A stretch of DNA of 64,000 bases, taken from the human T2T-CHM13v2.0 reference genome, Homo sapiens. The position numbers and the translations under genes were made by a program. Numbering within the stretch: the stretch's first letter is position 1; every line of letters starts with the position of its first letter. The stretch lies in NCBI RefSeq assembly GCF_009914755.1, contig NC_060930.1; one strand, given 5' to 3'. Of the stretch, positions 1-13,290 are shown one piece after another. A model generated the notes under the pieces. That model saw nothing but the letters and a program-made list of their open reading frames with translations, was not told the origin of the DNA and did no database searches.

Positions 1-19
1 CTGCAATACACCTTTTAAA

Positions 20-290
20 CATCTTTTTTTCATTAAACTCTTTTCCGAGGACTTCTTTGAGTTTATGCTTTTAAGATTCTCCTCTACCTTCTTCAATATG
101 ACTGCTAATCATGTCTTTCTGTTCTCTTTTTTCCCCCTTGGGGTATCTCATCTACTCTGAGGGCTCCAGTTATTACTTCTATGCTAATGATGACCAATCT
201 GCACACTCATTCTATCTCTTAGGAAATTCAAAGTTGATATAACTAAAATGTAAACTTAGCTTTTTCACATAAATCAGTGTTCCTGTCTTT
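20..290 (+). mobile_element. L2 LINE fragment (degenerate)
   Basis: Pyrimidine-rich segment with L2-like 'atctcatctactctgagggctccagttattacttctatgctaatga'; an L2-type 3' end lies at about 1435-1495. Confidence 0.5.
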
Positions 291-379
291 TGGAATTGAT
301 CTTATTCTACCTTGCATTTACTTAGTTATTTTAGCATGTTTCTCTTGACTTTAACTCTAAACTTATCTCTGTCTTTAAT

Positions 380-1430
380 TATATATAGATAACTAAACTT
401 ATATATGTTAAAAATTATATGTATATATTTTAATATATTATAAATATATTAATATATTAAAATACAGTATATATATTAAAAATATATATACTATATAGTA
501 TATGTATTAAATATATATACTATATTATATATATCATATATATATAATATAGTATATTTAAAATATACATTAAAAATATATACTATATAGTATATATTAA
601 AAATATATATACTATATATACTATATATACTATATATACTATATATACTATATATACTATATATACTATATATACTATATACTATATATACTATATATAC
701 TATATACTATATATACTATATATACTATATACTATATATACTATATACTATATATACTATATACTCTATATACTATATATACTATATACTCTATATACTA
801 TATATACTATATACTATATATACTATATATACTATATACTATATATACTATATACTATATATACTATGTACTCTATATACTATATATACTATATACTATA
901 CACTATATATAGTATATAGTATACATAGTATATATATTTTTAATATATATAGTATATAGTATATATACTATATAGTATATATACTATATACTATATATAT
1001 TAAAAATATATATACTATATAGTATATATATTAAAAATATATATTATATATATAAAATTTATATACTATATAGTATATATATTAAAAATATATATTATAT
1101 ATTAAAATATATATACTCTATATTATATATAAAATATATGAATATTAATATTATATATTAAAATATATATACTCTATATTATATATAAAATATATGAAAA
1201 TATATAATATATTAACTTATATATAACATATATCTTATATATCACATAATATATAACCTTTATATATATTAACTTTTATCATATATGTTTAATATATATT
1301 AACATATATGTTAAATTTATATTTTTATATAATATATTAATATATTCTATATTAAATAACATATAAGTTAAACTTATATATATGTTTATATATATTAAAT
1401 GTGTATATATAAACATATATATATGTATGT
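380..1430. repeat. TA-rich low-complexity / minisatellite block (~1 kb)
   Basis: Almost only A/T; TATATAC/TATATATAC array at about 608-908; 51-nt direct repeat at 1092-1142 and 1148-1198. Confidence 0.97.
925..1018. repeat. 94-bp perfect spacer-less palindrome (AT-rich inverted repeat)
   Basis: Checked base by base: position i pairs with 1943-i for 925..1018, centre 971/972; first mismatch 924 C vs 1019 A. Confidence 0.95.
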
Positions 1431-1884
1431 TTAATTATCCCTGTAACCCTTTTATCACTTGGCCCATGTAGATGCCTAATGAATGTTTGATGATTTATCT
1501 TGATTCACTGTTCCCGACTTTAAATAAGGTTAGCTCTGAAGCAGTGCTTTGAGCTGAAGATCCTTCCAATCCCATAGGAAAAAAAAAAAACCAGGTACAG
1601 TGTGTATTTTCCAAAGAAGATTACAGGGCTTCAGACAAAAGAGATTTAAAATAAAAATTTTAAGTACATAAACACGCAGCATTTTAAAGTTGTTTTTATA
1701 AGGGAAGTCATCACACCATTATAATACCACATCAGCTTACTTGGGGCATCTAAATTAGCTCAAGGCTGGATTTTGAAGCATCTAGTGCTGAAATTAGAAA
1801 AATATTCGAGAATACAAATCCTCATTATTTCCAAGAGATTGAGGTGGTGATTGGTAAAACACAAGGATAGAAAAAGAGGCTGTC

Positions 1885-2243
<359 letters not shown>

Positions 2244-2285
2244 TTATCATAAACATATTGTGGGCAAGATGGTGGAACACGTCAC

Positions 2286-2611
2286 TGTTGCAGGACTTTT
2301 CCTTAGTTCAGCTAAAGATGCGGTTCTCTGTCCCACGGCCACGAAAATTCAGGCTCCCAGACAATGTGATTGGTGAGTAAGACAGGGCTTTATTGATGAA
2401 AAAGGAAGAAAAGGGGAAACAGGGACTCTCCCTAGACCAGAATCCCCGCTAGAGCGCTTTGCGTCCAGCTGTTGGAATCTCAGGTTCCGCACAGGAAGAG
2501 GAGAGCCCAGGCTCCTCCCTGGTGCAAAGGGCACGAATTTCCTGAGGCTCCACCCTAGTGGGCAAGCCAGCTAGAGTTTCTCCAGGGATCTCCTCCCACC
2601 TGGCTGTCTCA
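2286..2611 (-). mobile_element. MER61-family ERV1 solo LTR
   Basis: Minus strand begins TGAGACAGCCAGGTGGGAGG and ends AGGAAAAGTCCTGCAACA; perfect 4-bp TSD tcac (2282-2285, 2612-2615). Confidence 0.88.
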
Positions 2612-3467
2612 TCACCTCCACTAGGTGCTGGTAATGCCCAGCCTACATTAGACCGAGGAAGCCCACTGAGTTTGCCAGGCCGAAGGCAGGGTTGACTTCT
2701 GACATCATTTACTACTGCACCTCCCCAGGAAATCTCTCCTCTTGCCTGCGATCGTTTACTGTGGTGCTTCAGATTCACCCGTGTTGTGTATGCCCGTGCA
2801 CGCCACCCATGCAAAGACTTGCAAGTGAGGGAAGCAGAATCCACCACTTCGACTCAAAGGAGTCTCTCTGGAGCCTCGGCTCTGGTCTCTGTTTACACTG
2901 AACCTTAAAACGCTAAATGTGGTGCCTTTGCTCCACTAGACACCTGGGAAGGGGGCTGTGACAATTGCAGTCCAATTCATATCATGGCAAGAGTATTTTA
3001 AAACGGTGGTTTACAGTGTTTAAGAAAGCCTATTAGTCAGCTGGGATTTCTGCTGCAGGTCGTCAGAGAGTAGAGTTAAGAAGAGCTAGCTGCATGTCTG
3101 CGTTTTGGGTTTTGAAATACTTTGGTTTCTTGAGCCACACTATCGCAGACTTCACTGCATTTTCAAACAACACAGGTAATAAATGACTTCTCCAAGAGTC
3201 ATTGAAAAGCTTGCCTGGATCTCCCTCTCCTTGTTTTCCATGTAGTAATCTGTTGCCCTCAATCGAAAGCCTTCTGGAGACTGTTTTTTCATCTAGCTCA
3301 CTAGAGAAGAGCAGCTTTTTCATGAGTAATTGGGTGGTTGGAGTGCTTGTAACTTTTCTTCCAAAAATCTTGGCACCCGGAGTCAATTTACAAATGTATA
3401 CATTTGACTCGGTTACCTTGGCTTGCACTGTGTATGATGGTGGCCTTTGGTTGAATTATCAGGCCTA

Positions 3468-3818
<351 letters not shown>

Positions 3819-5265
3819 TCATACCTGCAAAGTCTCCAGTTAGATCCTATAGTACTTTGTTTTAGTTGGAGAAATTAGAACCAATGAAACTTTACATGCG
3901 ACCTTGAGATAGAAGTATGTTAATGAGAGGATCCGAGTCGTCCATTAGGCAGTATTTCTGAAAGCAGGCCTACCTGACAGCAATAATGCCAGATGGCTAA
4001 GTAAAAAGGCTGATGGACTTATAGATTTTTTTGAGTTGAGTTAGCACAGGGTGCAGTTCTCTGCTTCTTTGAGACTCATGCTGTCTGTAACCAGACATAA
4101 TTAAAAGATTAAAGAGACATTTAGAAACGTGAAGCTGTTCACTTTTTAATCAGGGAGATTGATTTTCCAATCCTGATGCAAAGGTGGAATTTTAAATAAT
4201 TTATAGGGTAGAAATCAGTGGCTTCTCACAACTTGGCTAAAAGAATAAAAACTAGAGGAAAAAAAGGAACTTTTTTTAAAATTTATTTTTCTTTTCCCTT
4301 AGTGCCTTACGGAAAGGAGCATAAAGAGGAGTGAGCCGTGATTCGGCTGTTATGTATAAGATGTTTTCCAGCCTCTGTATCTCTTCTGGAAGAATGAAGA
4401 TTAGCTCAGTTCCCTCCCATCCTCCTTCCTTTTCTCCCTCTGGCTGGAGGTCTGGACATATTCTCTTCACTACTCAGCAACATTTCTCTTTTATCCTACA
4501 GATACCAGTCAGGTCCCAATCAGCTTAAAACCAGAGTCTCCTGAACAGAGATCGTGACTACAGCACAGCGATGCTTCCATTAGCCAAGAGGGTGCATTCC
4601 ACAGGCACATGTTATCAGAACCTTCATAATCAGAGTCAGAAGTAATATAGGACAGTGAAAGGAGAGTTCTGTGATGCTAGATCAGGGCACTTCTGGTACT
4701 AAAAGAAAAGAAGTCTTCCATTGTTAAAGTAAGGTCCAGTAGATATTTGTGAGAAAATATAAAATATTTATTTTACATGTGTATATGTATGTCTAGGTGT
4801 TCTAGTCCTAAGGGGAAGAATTGATTAATAGATCAATTGAGTGATCGACAATCAGAAGCCAGAAGAAAGCCTGCAGAGAGAGGATTGTCAGCTAAGGCTA
4901 TTCTTTTAAGAGTAGTGTGGGTTTGGGTTGAGAAAGGATTGAAAACGTTTCTTCCATTCCCAGCTCAGGTTTCCAGTGATTCAGCCAACTTGGCGGATTG
5001 TCCCTAAGTCAGGGAGTGCCTGGGTAAGGACGGCTGACTATGCTGGGTCCTTTCCGAGCATGCACCTCTTATCACACCTCTCTCCTTTTCCAAATGAGTT
5101 TTCAAGACTAAAGCAGACTTACCTTCAGACAAAGCAACAGGCTTTTAGGACATGGTCTACCCTCACCCAAGATCTCTCTGTAGCTTTTTGAGTCTAGAGT
5201 GGCTTTGCCCAAGTGGAGAGAGGAATAGAGAAACCCTTTGATTCCACAAGTCCCTTATGCGGTTA

Positions 5266-5615
<350 letters not shown>

Positions 5616-6271
5616 TCAGTCAACTGAAGGAACTGGTAACCAATGGCAGGTCCTTCTTTACCAGCTGTTAGTCACCTGCTCTTGCTCGTGGGGAAGGAGG
5701 GAGTGTGATGGAGAAGAAAATGTGAAGGCTCAAGAACCCACATTGTAGTGGAGGTAAGGTCAGAGGGGATTACCACTCAGCAGAGGGAAGAGAAATATGG
5801 AAGTTGCCCGGCTAGAAGAGGGCCTCACATGGCATCTGTCTGCTGTGAATTTGGCTGGGATAGTGAGAAGCTGGGAACTAAGACATTTTTGCTCCTCATC
5901 AAGACCCATCAATTGAACAATTTATTTATAGGAGATTTTCTCACAAAGAACTCACTGATTAGGAGTGTCACTTGAACAGGGGCCCGGAGCCTCTTCCTTT
6001 GAATTGGCTAAGATTCCTAGCTGCTCCTTCTGGCTACTGAGGTGGTAGGGAATAGATCAAACAAGGGGCCCGAAAACCAACTCTCCAAATAGCAGACTGT
6101 GGGGCTGGACATCGTGACGGATTTTTGAAGACAAATAACAAACAGAGGCTACATTTCATGTTCATGGTTTATATGCGTGCATTTGTGGTCCAGTGCAAAG
6201 CATAAGAGAAAATTATTACATCACAATTCTATCATCTCTGCAAGCCTGGCGACTTGCCTATAATCCTAAAG

Positions 6272-6495
6272 CAGGGTTTCCTAACTGCGGCACAGTTGAC
6301 TTTGGGGATGGACAATTGGGAAGAGGCTGTCCTGAGCATTATAGGATGTTTAGCATCATCTCTGACCTCTACACATTCGATGCCAGTGGAACTTCTTCCC
6401 TACCCCCACACTTGTGACAACCAAAAAATGTCTTCAGATATTGCCAATAACCTCTGGGAGAGTGGGGTGAAATTGCCTACAGTTGAAAATCACTG
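6272..6495 (-). mobile_element. MER20 (hAT-Charlie DNA transposon), near full length
   Basis: CAGGGTTTC...CACTG termini; core 'tgtgacaaccaaaaaatgtcttcagatattgccaa'; 8-bp TSD tcctaaag/tcttaaag. Confidence 0.88.
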
Positions 6496-7605
6496 TCTTA
6501 AAGGAACCTATAATTTGTATTGAGTTAGCAGGCTGATTACAAATCAGGTTGAATCTGTACTTATTTATTAAGCTTTCACATAAATAAATAATAAGACCAC
6601 ATTAGGCATGTGCATGTGGGTTTGAGCCATACTGGAATCATTCTCTCATAATTGTTATGCACTCTGGTTGCACCAGTGTTGCAAAACAGCCTTTAATAGG
6701 ACTGTCAGCACACAAAGTCTTGTGTTACCACCTTTATTTCAACTCTCTTCCTCTTTTTCTCTTTCTGTATTGCCCCCTTCCCACCCTCTTGGCCACCAAA
6801 CTGACTTAAATATGGTGCCCCTTTGAAGATTGTTCTCCAGAAGACAATCCTGAATGTAAAGAAATGATTCATTAATGGTAGAGTTTCAGGCAGCAGGGCT
6901 CAGGGAGTCTGGGAGAGATTTCTGTATAGAGACTTTTCCACTGTCCTTAAATCATACCAGGGAGAGGCCACCAAATCTTTCTATCTGTGTGGTTGGCTCT
7001 GTCAGAGCAGATCCTGTTGTTCATGCCCATTAACAACTGGGAATAACAGTGAGAGCTGTTGTTGGTTTTGCTGGGAAACAGGTCTGGATCTGAAGAGAAG
7101 GATCTTGTCTTATAGGAAGTTGAAGCATTTTGCCCCAGGAAAGGAATAAAAGCAATCAATGGTTCTTACAGAGCTTTCTGCTCAAGTAATTTTGGTCAAC
7201 TTAAGTGTGTCAGTAAATTGAACAAAATGTTACCATCATAGATTATGAAATGCAGAGTCTAATTTTAATAAGGTTACCAGTAAATGTAGGAGTTCTCAGT
7301 CAACAATGAGGAGTCTGGGTGAGTGAGAGCCAAGGAAAAGTTAGTAAGACAAACAAACCAACAATAACCTGTAGGGCAACCATAAAGAACTATTTACTTG
7401 AAAACTTTATGAGAAGAGGCAGCAAAATTTCTTATTTGCATTAACGTAGTGTTGCAAATATATGTTTGATAATTAACTACATGTTAAAGGGGACGCATGT
7501 CCTAAGGAGCTACTAGTACTTCCACCAGCTAGAGGAGGGAATGGGCATTTAGGACCACTGGTCCCTAGTTTTATCCCAACATCAAGTTCTATAAAACAAT
7601 CAGTC

Positions 7606-7961
<356 letters not shown>

Positions 7962-8819
7962 TTATGCCATTTATGCTGAAAAGATTCTTCAGTTGTCTTA
8001 CTAAAATTACAAGTGCCCCTTGAAAATAATAAAACAAAAGGAAACAGGATGGGATAAACTCATAGGCACTCCCTTCTGTGCTTCTAGCTTTCTCGAGCTA
8101 GGATATTGTTATTAAGTCCCCAGTTTCCCTGGAATCTACAGGGCAGATGAGGCCATGTAACAAGCAAGCTGTGATCGATAACTGTTCCCCTCTGCCTTCT
8201 AAATCAGCTCCTATCTATCTTTGGAGGCTTGCTGTCTTTCCTGTCTGTACATATGCGTTGACTTTCTTGAACCATTTTGAGACGTCTGGTAAAAACTGGA
8301 TCTGGCATATAAATATGTGCTGAGCTTCCAAGCTCTGTTATGACTTCTTCCCTCCCCACAAAAATGATCTGCTTAGCCTAAGACTTGGGGCTGTCTAGTT
8401 TTTAGTTGACTTTCAAACATGGTAACTCACACCTAGGTAATCTCATTCTGTTTTATGGCTTAAATACCATCTGTTTCTGATGCCTCACAGATTTATTTCT
8501 CCAGTCCAGACTTCTACCTGAACTCCTGCTTCTCACCCCTGGGATGTCTCCTAGGCATCTCAGACCTAACACATTCCAAACCTGAATTTCTGATTCCCAT
8601 CCAGCAAACCTGTTTTTCCTTCAGTATTCCTCATCTTAGCAAATGGCAAGTCCAAAACCCTTGGTATCATCATCCCATCTCTCATTACCCACATCCAATC
8701 CATCAGCAAAGCTGTTGGTTCCACTTTCAAAGAACATCTATCCACAATCTAGCCATCTCTTACTGTTTCCATGTCTATACTGGTCCAAAGCACTCTTGTC
8801 TCTGAAATGCAACAGCATC

Positions 8820-9122
8820 TTTTTTTTTTTTTTTTTTTTTGAGACAGAGTCTTGCTCTGTCACCCAGGCTGAAGTGCAGTGGCGTGATCTCGGCTCGCTG
8901 TAAGCTCCACCTCCCGGGTTCACGCCATTCTCCTGCCTCAGCCTCCTGAGTAGCTGGTACTACAGGCACCCCCCACCATACCTGGTTAATTTTTTTGTAT
9001 TTTTAGTAGAGACAGGGTTTCACCGTGTTAGCCAGCATGGTCTTGATCTCCTGACCTTGTGATCCGCCCGCCTTGGCGTCCCAAAGTGCTGGGATTACAG
9101 GCTTGAGCCACTGCACCCAGCT
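8820..9122 (-). mobile_element. AluY
   Basis: 'aagctccacctcccgggttcacgccattc' and 'caccgtgttagccag' diagnostics; TSD tgcaacagcatct. Confidence 0.95.
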
Positions 9123-9225
9123 TGCAACAGCATCTTAACTCACTTTCCTGCCTCCTTATCTGTGCCCCTACAGTCAGTTTTCTCAGCACAGAGGATAGAG
9201 GGGTCCTTTCAAAATCACTGCCCTG

Positions 9226-9542
<317 letters not shown>

Positions 9543-10002
9543 TCACTGCTCTGCACAAAACGTCTAGTCTTCACACCTCAGTCAGGTGACAAGGCCATAT
9601 GCAGTCCCCGCAGTTGCATTTTCTTCCTTTCTCTCTCTCTCTGCTTCTCTCTTTCTCTCCTTCTCCCTCTCTCTTTCTCCCTCATGGTATTCCAGGCCCA
9701 CCATTCTCCCTGTTATTCTTTGAGCCGACCAAGAATGTTTCTGTGTCTCGGCCTTTGCAGCTACTATTTTTTCCTGGACTGCTGTTTCTCCAGGCAGCAA
9801 CCTGGCTCCCTTCCTCACTAACTTTTGAGTTTTGGCTCAAATATCAGTTTATTGGTGAGGGAATCCTTGACCCAACTGTATGAAGCTGCACTTGCACCCT
9901 TCCTTCTTCACCACAACTCTCTACCCTCCCTCCACAACTCTCTACTGGCACTGGCCATCCCTATATTATTTTTCTCCATGGCATTTATCACTTGTACTCC
10001 TT

Positions 10003-10603
<601 letters not shown>

Positions 10604-10887
10604 TACTTTTACTCTTATATTTACTTGTTTACCTTGTTTGTCTCTCAATAAAGTGATGTAAGGTTTATGAAGGCAGGACTTTGTTTTGTTCCCTGCTGTA
10701 TCCCCAGGGCCTGTATCAATGACTACTACATTCTAGGTGCTTAGCACACTTTTGTGGAATGAGTGGCACCTTTAAATTCCATTTCAATGTTACTTTTTGT
10801 AGAAAACCTTCCATGATCCTCTAAGTCTGGGTTAAACCCCCCTCCCAAGCTGTCTGTACTTCCCTGGTCATAAGGCTTCTCACACTG

Positions 10888-12127
10888 TGATAGCGGCAGG
10901 AGGCAGCCAAATGTCTAGGCAGATGGGGCAGGTCCCCAGTGAAACCCCACCTCCAAGCAGAAGACAGTTTAAAGCCTGAAAGCCAAACTACAAGTTAAAT
11001 TCTTGGACCAGATTGAGAACTTGTCTTCCTGTTCGGCGCGCTTTCCTCTCATTGATCCCCATTCTTCACCTATTTTACATATACTTACCCTTTCCTAATC
11101 GGTTTTTTTTTTCTTTTCTTTTTGAGACGGAATCTCGCTCTATCACCCAGGCTGGAGAGCAGTGGCATGATCTCGGCTCACTGCAACCTCTGTTCAAGTG
11201 ATTCTTCTGCCTCAGCCTCCCGAGTAGCTGGGACTACAGGCACCCACCACCACACCCAGCCAATTTTTGTATTTTTAGTAGAGACAGGGTTTCACCATGT
11301 TTGCCAGGCTGGTCTTGAACTTCTTGACCTCATGGTCTGCCTACCTCAGCCTCCCAAAGTGCTGGGATTACAGGCATGAGCCACCACACTCAGCCTCCCA
11401 ATTGTTTTTCTACACTGTCATGCCCACCTTTGAGGGGTGTCTTCACTTTAAGCTTTTTTGCATACTCACAAACCAATCAACAAGCACTCTCCATCCTCTG
11501 CTTATAAAGACCCCAGACTCAGTCAGTAGAGGAGGAGACAGCCTGACTTCAGGGAAGAGACAACCTAACTTTGGGGAAGACGACCTGTCCTTCTCGTCCC
11601 CTCTCCAGCTCCCCTCTCTGCTGAGGGCTGTTTTCATTGCTCAGTACAATTCTCCACCTTCATCATCCTTCAACTGTCTGTGTGACCTCAGTTTTCTTGG
11701 ACTTTGAATAATAGCTCAGGATCCACTGAGTGCGGGTATCCAGAAAGGCTGTCACACCAGCCCTTTGCCCTCACTGGCAGAGGTCAGCCGCCCCATGCAA
11801 CAAGGCAAGGGGCCAACTGAGCTGCTAACACACTGCCATCACTGCCACCCATGGACAGCAGAACTTAAAGGACACCGTAACACTCCCTCTGTGGCTTCGG
11901 GGTCCCTGGTACCCTCCCCAGGCACCACTGCATTTCCCTCAAGGTGACACACCTGGCCCGGCGGCGGGCCCTGCACAGAGCTTGCTCCTGTGTTAGTGCC
12001 TGGAACAGCCAGCCGGGTCCCACACTCACTCACTCACATGCTCCCTCTTCAAGGAGCTGAGCAAGATGGGCCAAGTAGAGGGGACATCCCTGCCACAAGT
12101 CTGGCAAAGGGACCAGATCCTGCATCA
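10888..12127 (+). mobile_element. ERV1 solo LTR, LTR28-like (LTR1/LTR28 group), with internal Alu
   Basis: TGATAGCGGCAGGAGGCAG...CCTGCATCA termini; TSD actg/attg; about 940 bp without the Alu; CCAAT 11473, TATAAA 11503. Confidence 0.8.
11103..11396 (-). mobile_element. Alu (AluS) inserted in LTR
   Basis: Antisense dimer; degenerate TSD tcctaatcggtttt/tcccaattgttttt. Confidence 0.95.
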
Positions 12128-12129
12128 AT

Positions 12130-12265
12130 TGCGTGATGATTTCAGGGGTAATTTGTGAAAACTCCATAAGCCTGGAGTAAGTTTATCTTTTTCACTGATG
12201 AAGTTCCAATAGTTGCAAAGTGGCTGGCATGTTGTTGATACTCAAATATTTGTTAAATTGAATAT
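12130..12265 (+). mobile_element. L2 3'-end fragment
   Basis: 'gcaaagtggctggcatg...ctcaaatatttgttaaattgaat'; probably continues the fragment at about 10770-10887 split by the LTR. Confidence 0.55.
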
Positions 12266-12429
12266 ATGTTATATTCAATTCTATATACATGCATAATATA
12301 TATAATGCAACTGGGTTATAATTTGGAAATTTTCATGTGCATTGTAATAATCAGGTTCCTTTACAATGAACGCTTAATGATAAGTCCAAATTCTTTTCTT
12401 ATTCCGTAAGGGTTTTTTTTGTTTTGCAT

Positions 12430-12692
12430 TTTAAAAATTGAGTTAAAATTCACTTAACATAAAATTAACCATATTAAATCCAATGGCATTTAGTACATTC
12501 ACAGTGTGGTGCATTTTTCACCTCTGTCTAGTTTTAAAACAACCCAAAAGAAAACCCCAAACTCATGAAGTAGCTACCCCCCATTCTCTCTCACCCCAGC
12601 CCCCGGCAGCTACTAATCTGCTTTCGATCTCTATAGACTTGCCTATTCTGGACATTTCACATAAATGGACTCATACAGTAGGTGACCTTTTT
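12430..12692 (-). mobile_element. L1MB-type 3' UTR fragment
   Basis: 'acataaaattaacc...tttagtacattcacag...ttgcctattctggacatttcacataaatgga'. Confidence 0.85.
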
Positions 12693-13029
12693 GTCAATGA
12701 GATTTTAATATATGTAACTTAGAAAGTATTATTACAAGATTTTGTTTTTAATCCTATTGGCACGGGTAGTAATGGGATTGAGCCTGTATCGCTTTCTCTC
12801 AAGTACATATCACTTGAAAGGGCCAAATAAACTAATGTGAAGAACTTTATTCCAAGTTATCACTGGTATTTTGCCAGAAGCCTTTTCTTATGCATTGACC
12901 ACTCCTTCAAGCCTTCGTCTTCCCTCAACTCCCCCACCAAGTGTCTTTCATCCTGTCTCCCCACCTCATAGTTCACCATCTCCTCTCGCACCTGTTTCTT
13001 GATGCTTGCTGGGATCAAAGTATTGGTGA

Positions 13030-13290
13030 TAAAAGACTAAAGCTGAGGAGGGCTGATGAAAGTCCATAAAGTCATGAAAGGTAGGGAAAACCTGTGTAAG
13101 AACTTGTTCCCCAAATCTCAGAATCTTTTTGAAGCTTAAAGGAGCTAGTTTAAGGGAAAAATAAAAAGAAGTTCTATTTTATGTAGCAGACTGGATACAT
13201 ACAGAACTTGTTACCCTGGTGAAAAGATAAATAGCTTTAGGGTTTAGACAAATATGCAGACAATAAATCAATAACAGCCTGTTGAGAGGA
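13030..13290 (+). mobile_element. Ancient CR1/L3 LINE 3' remnant (Plat_L3-like)
   Basis: 'gaaagtccataaagtcatgaaagg...ttgttccccaaatctcagaat...tgaagcttaaaggagctagtttaaggg...aaataaaaagaagttctatttta...ggtttagacaaat' follows the CR1 RT C-terminus pattern. Confidence 0.6.

Noticed and set aside
608-908. Regularly spaced repeats superficially like an array
   Set aside because: No unique spacers; simple minisatellite in eukaryotic DNA, not CRISPR.
9098-9112. 'caggcttgagcc' variant in the AluY, reminiscent of Old World monkey AluY subfamilies
   Set aside because: A single position only; the other AluY (43389) is standard and other monkey-specific diagnostics are absent, so no species inference is drawn.
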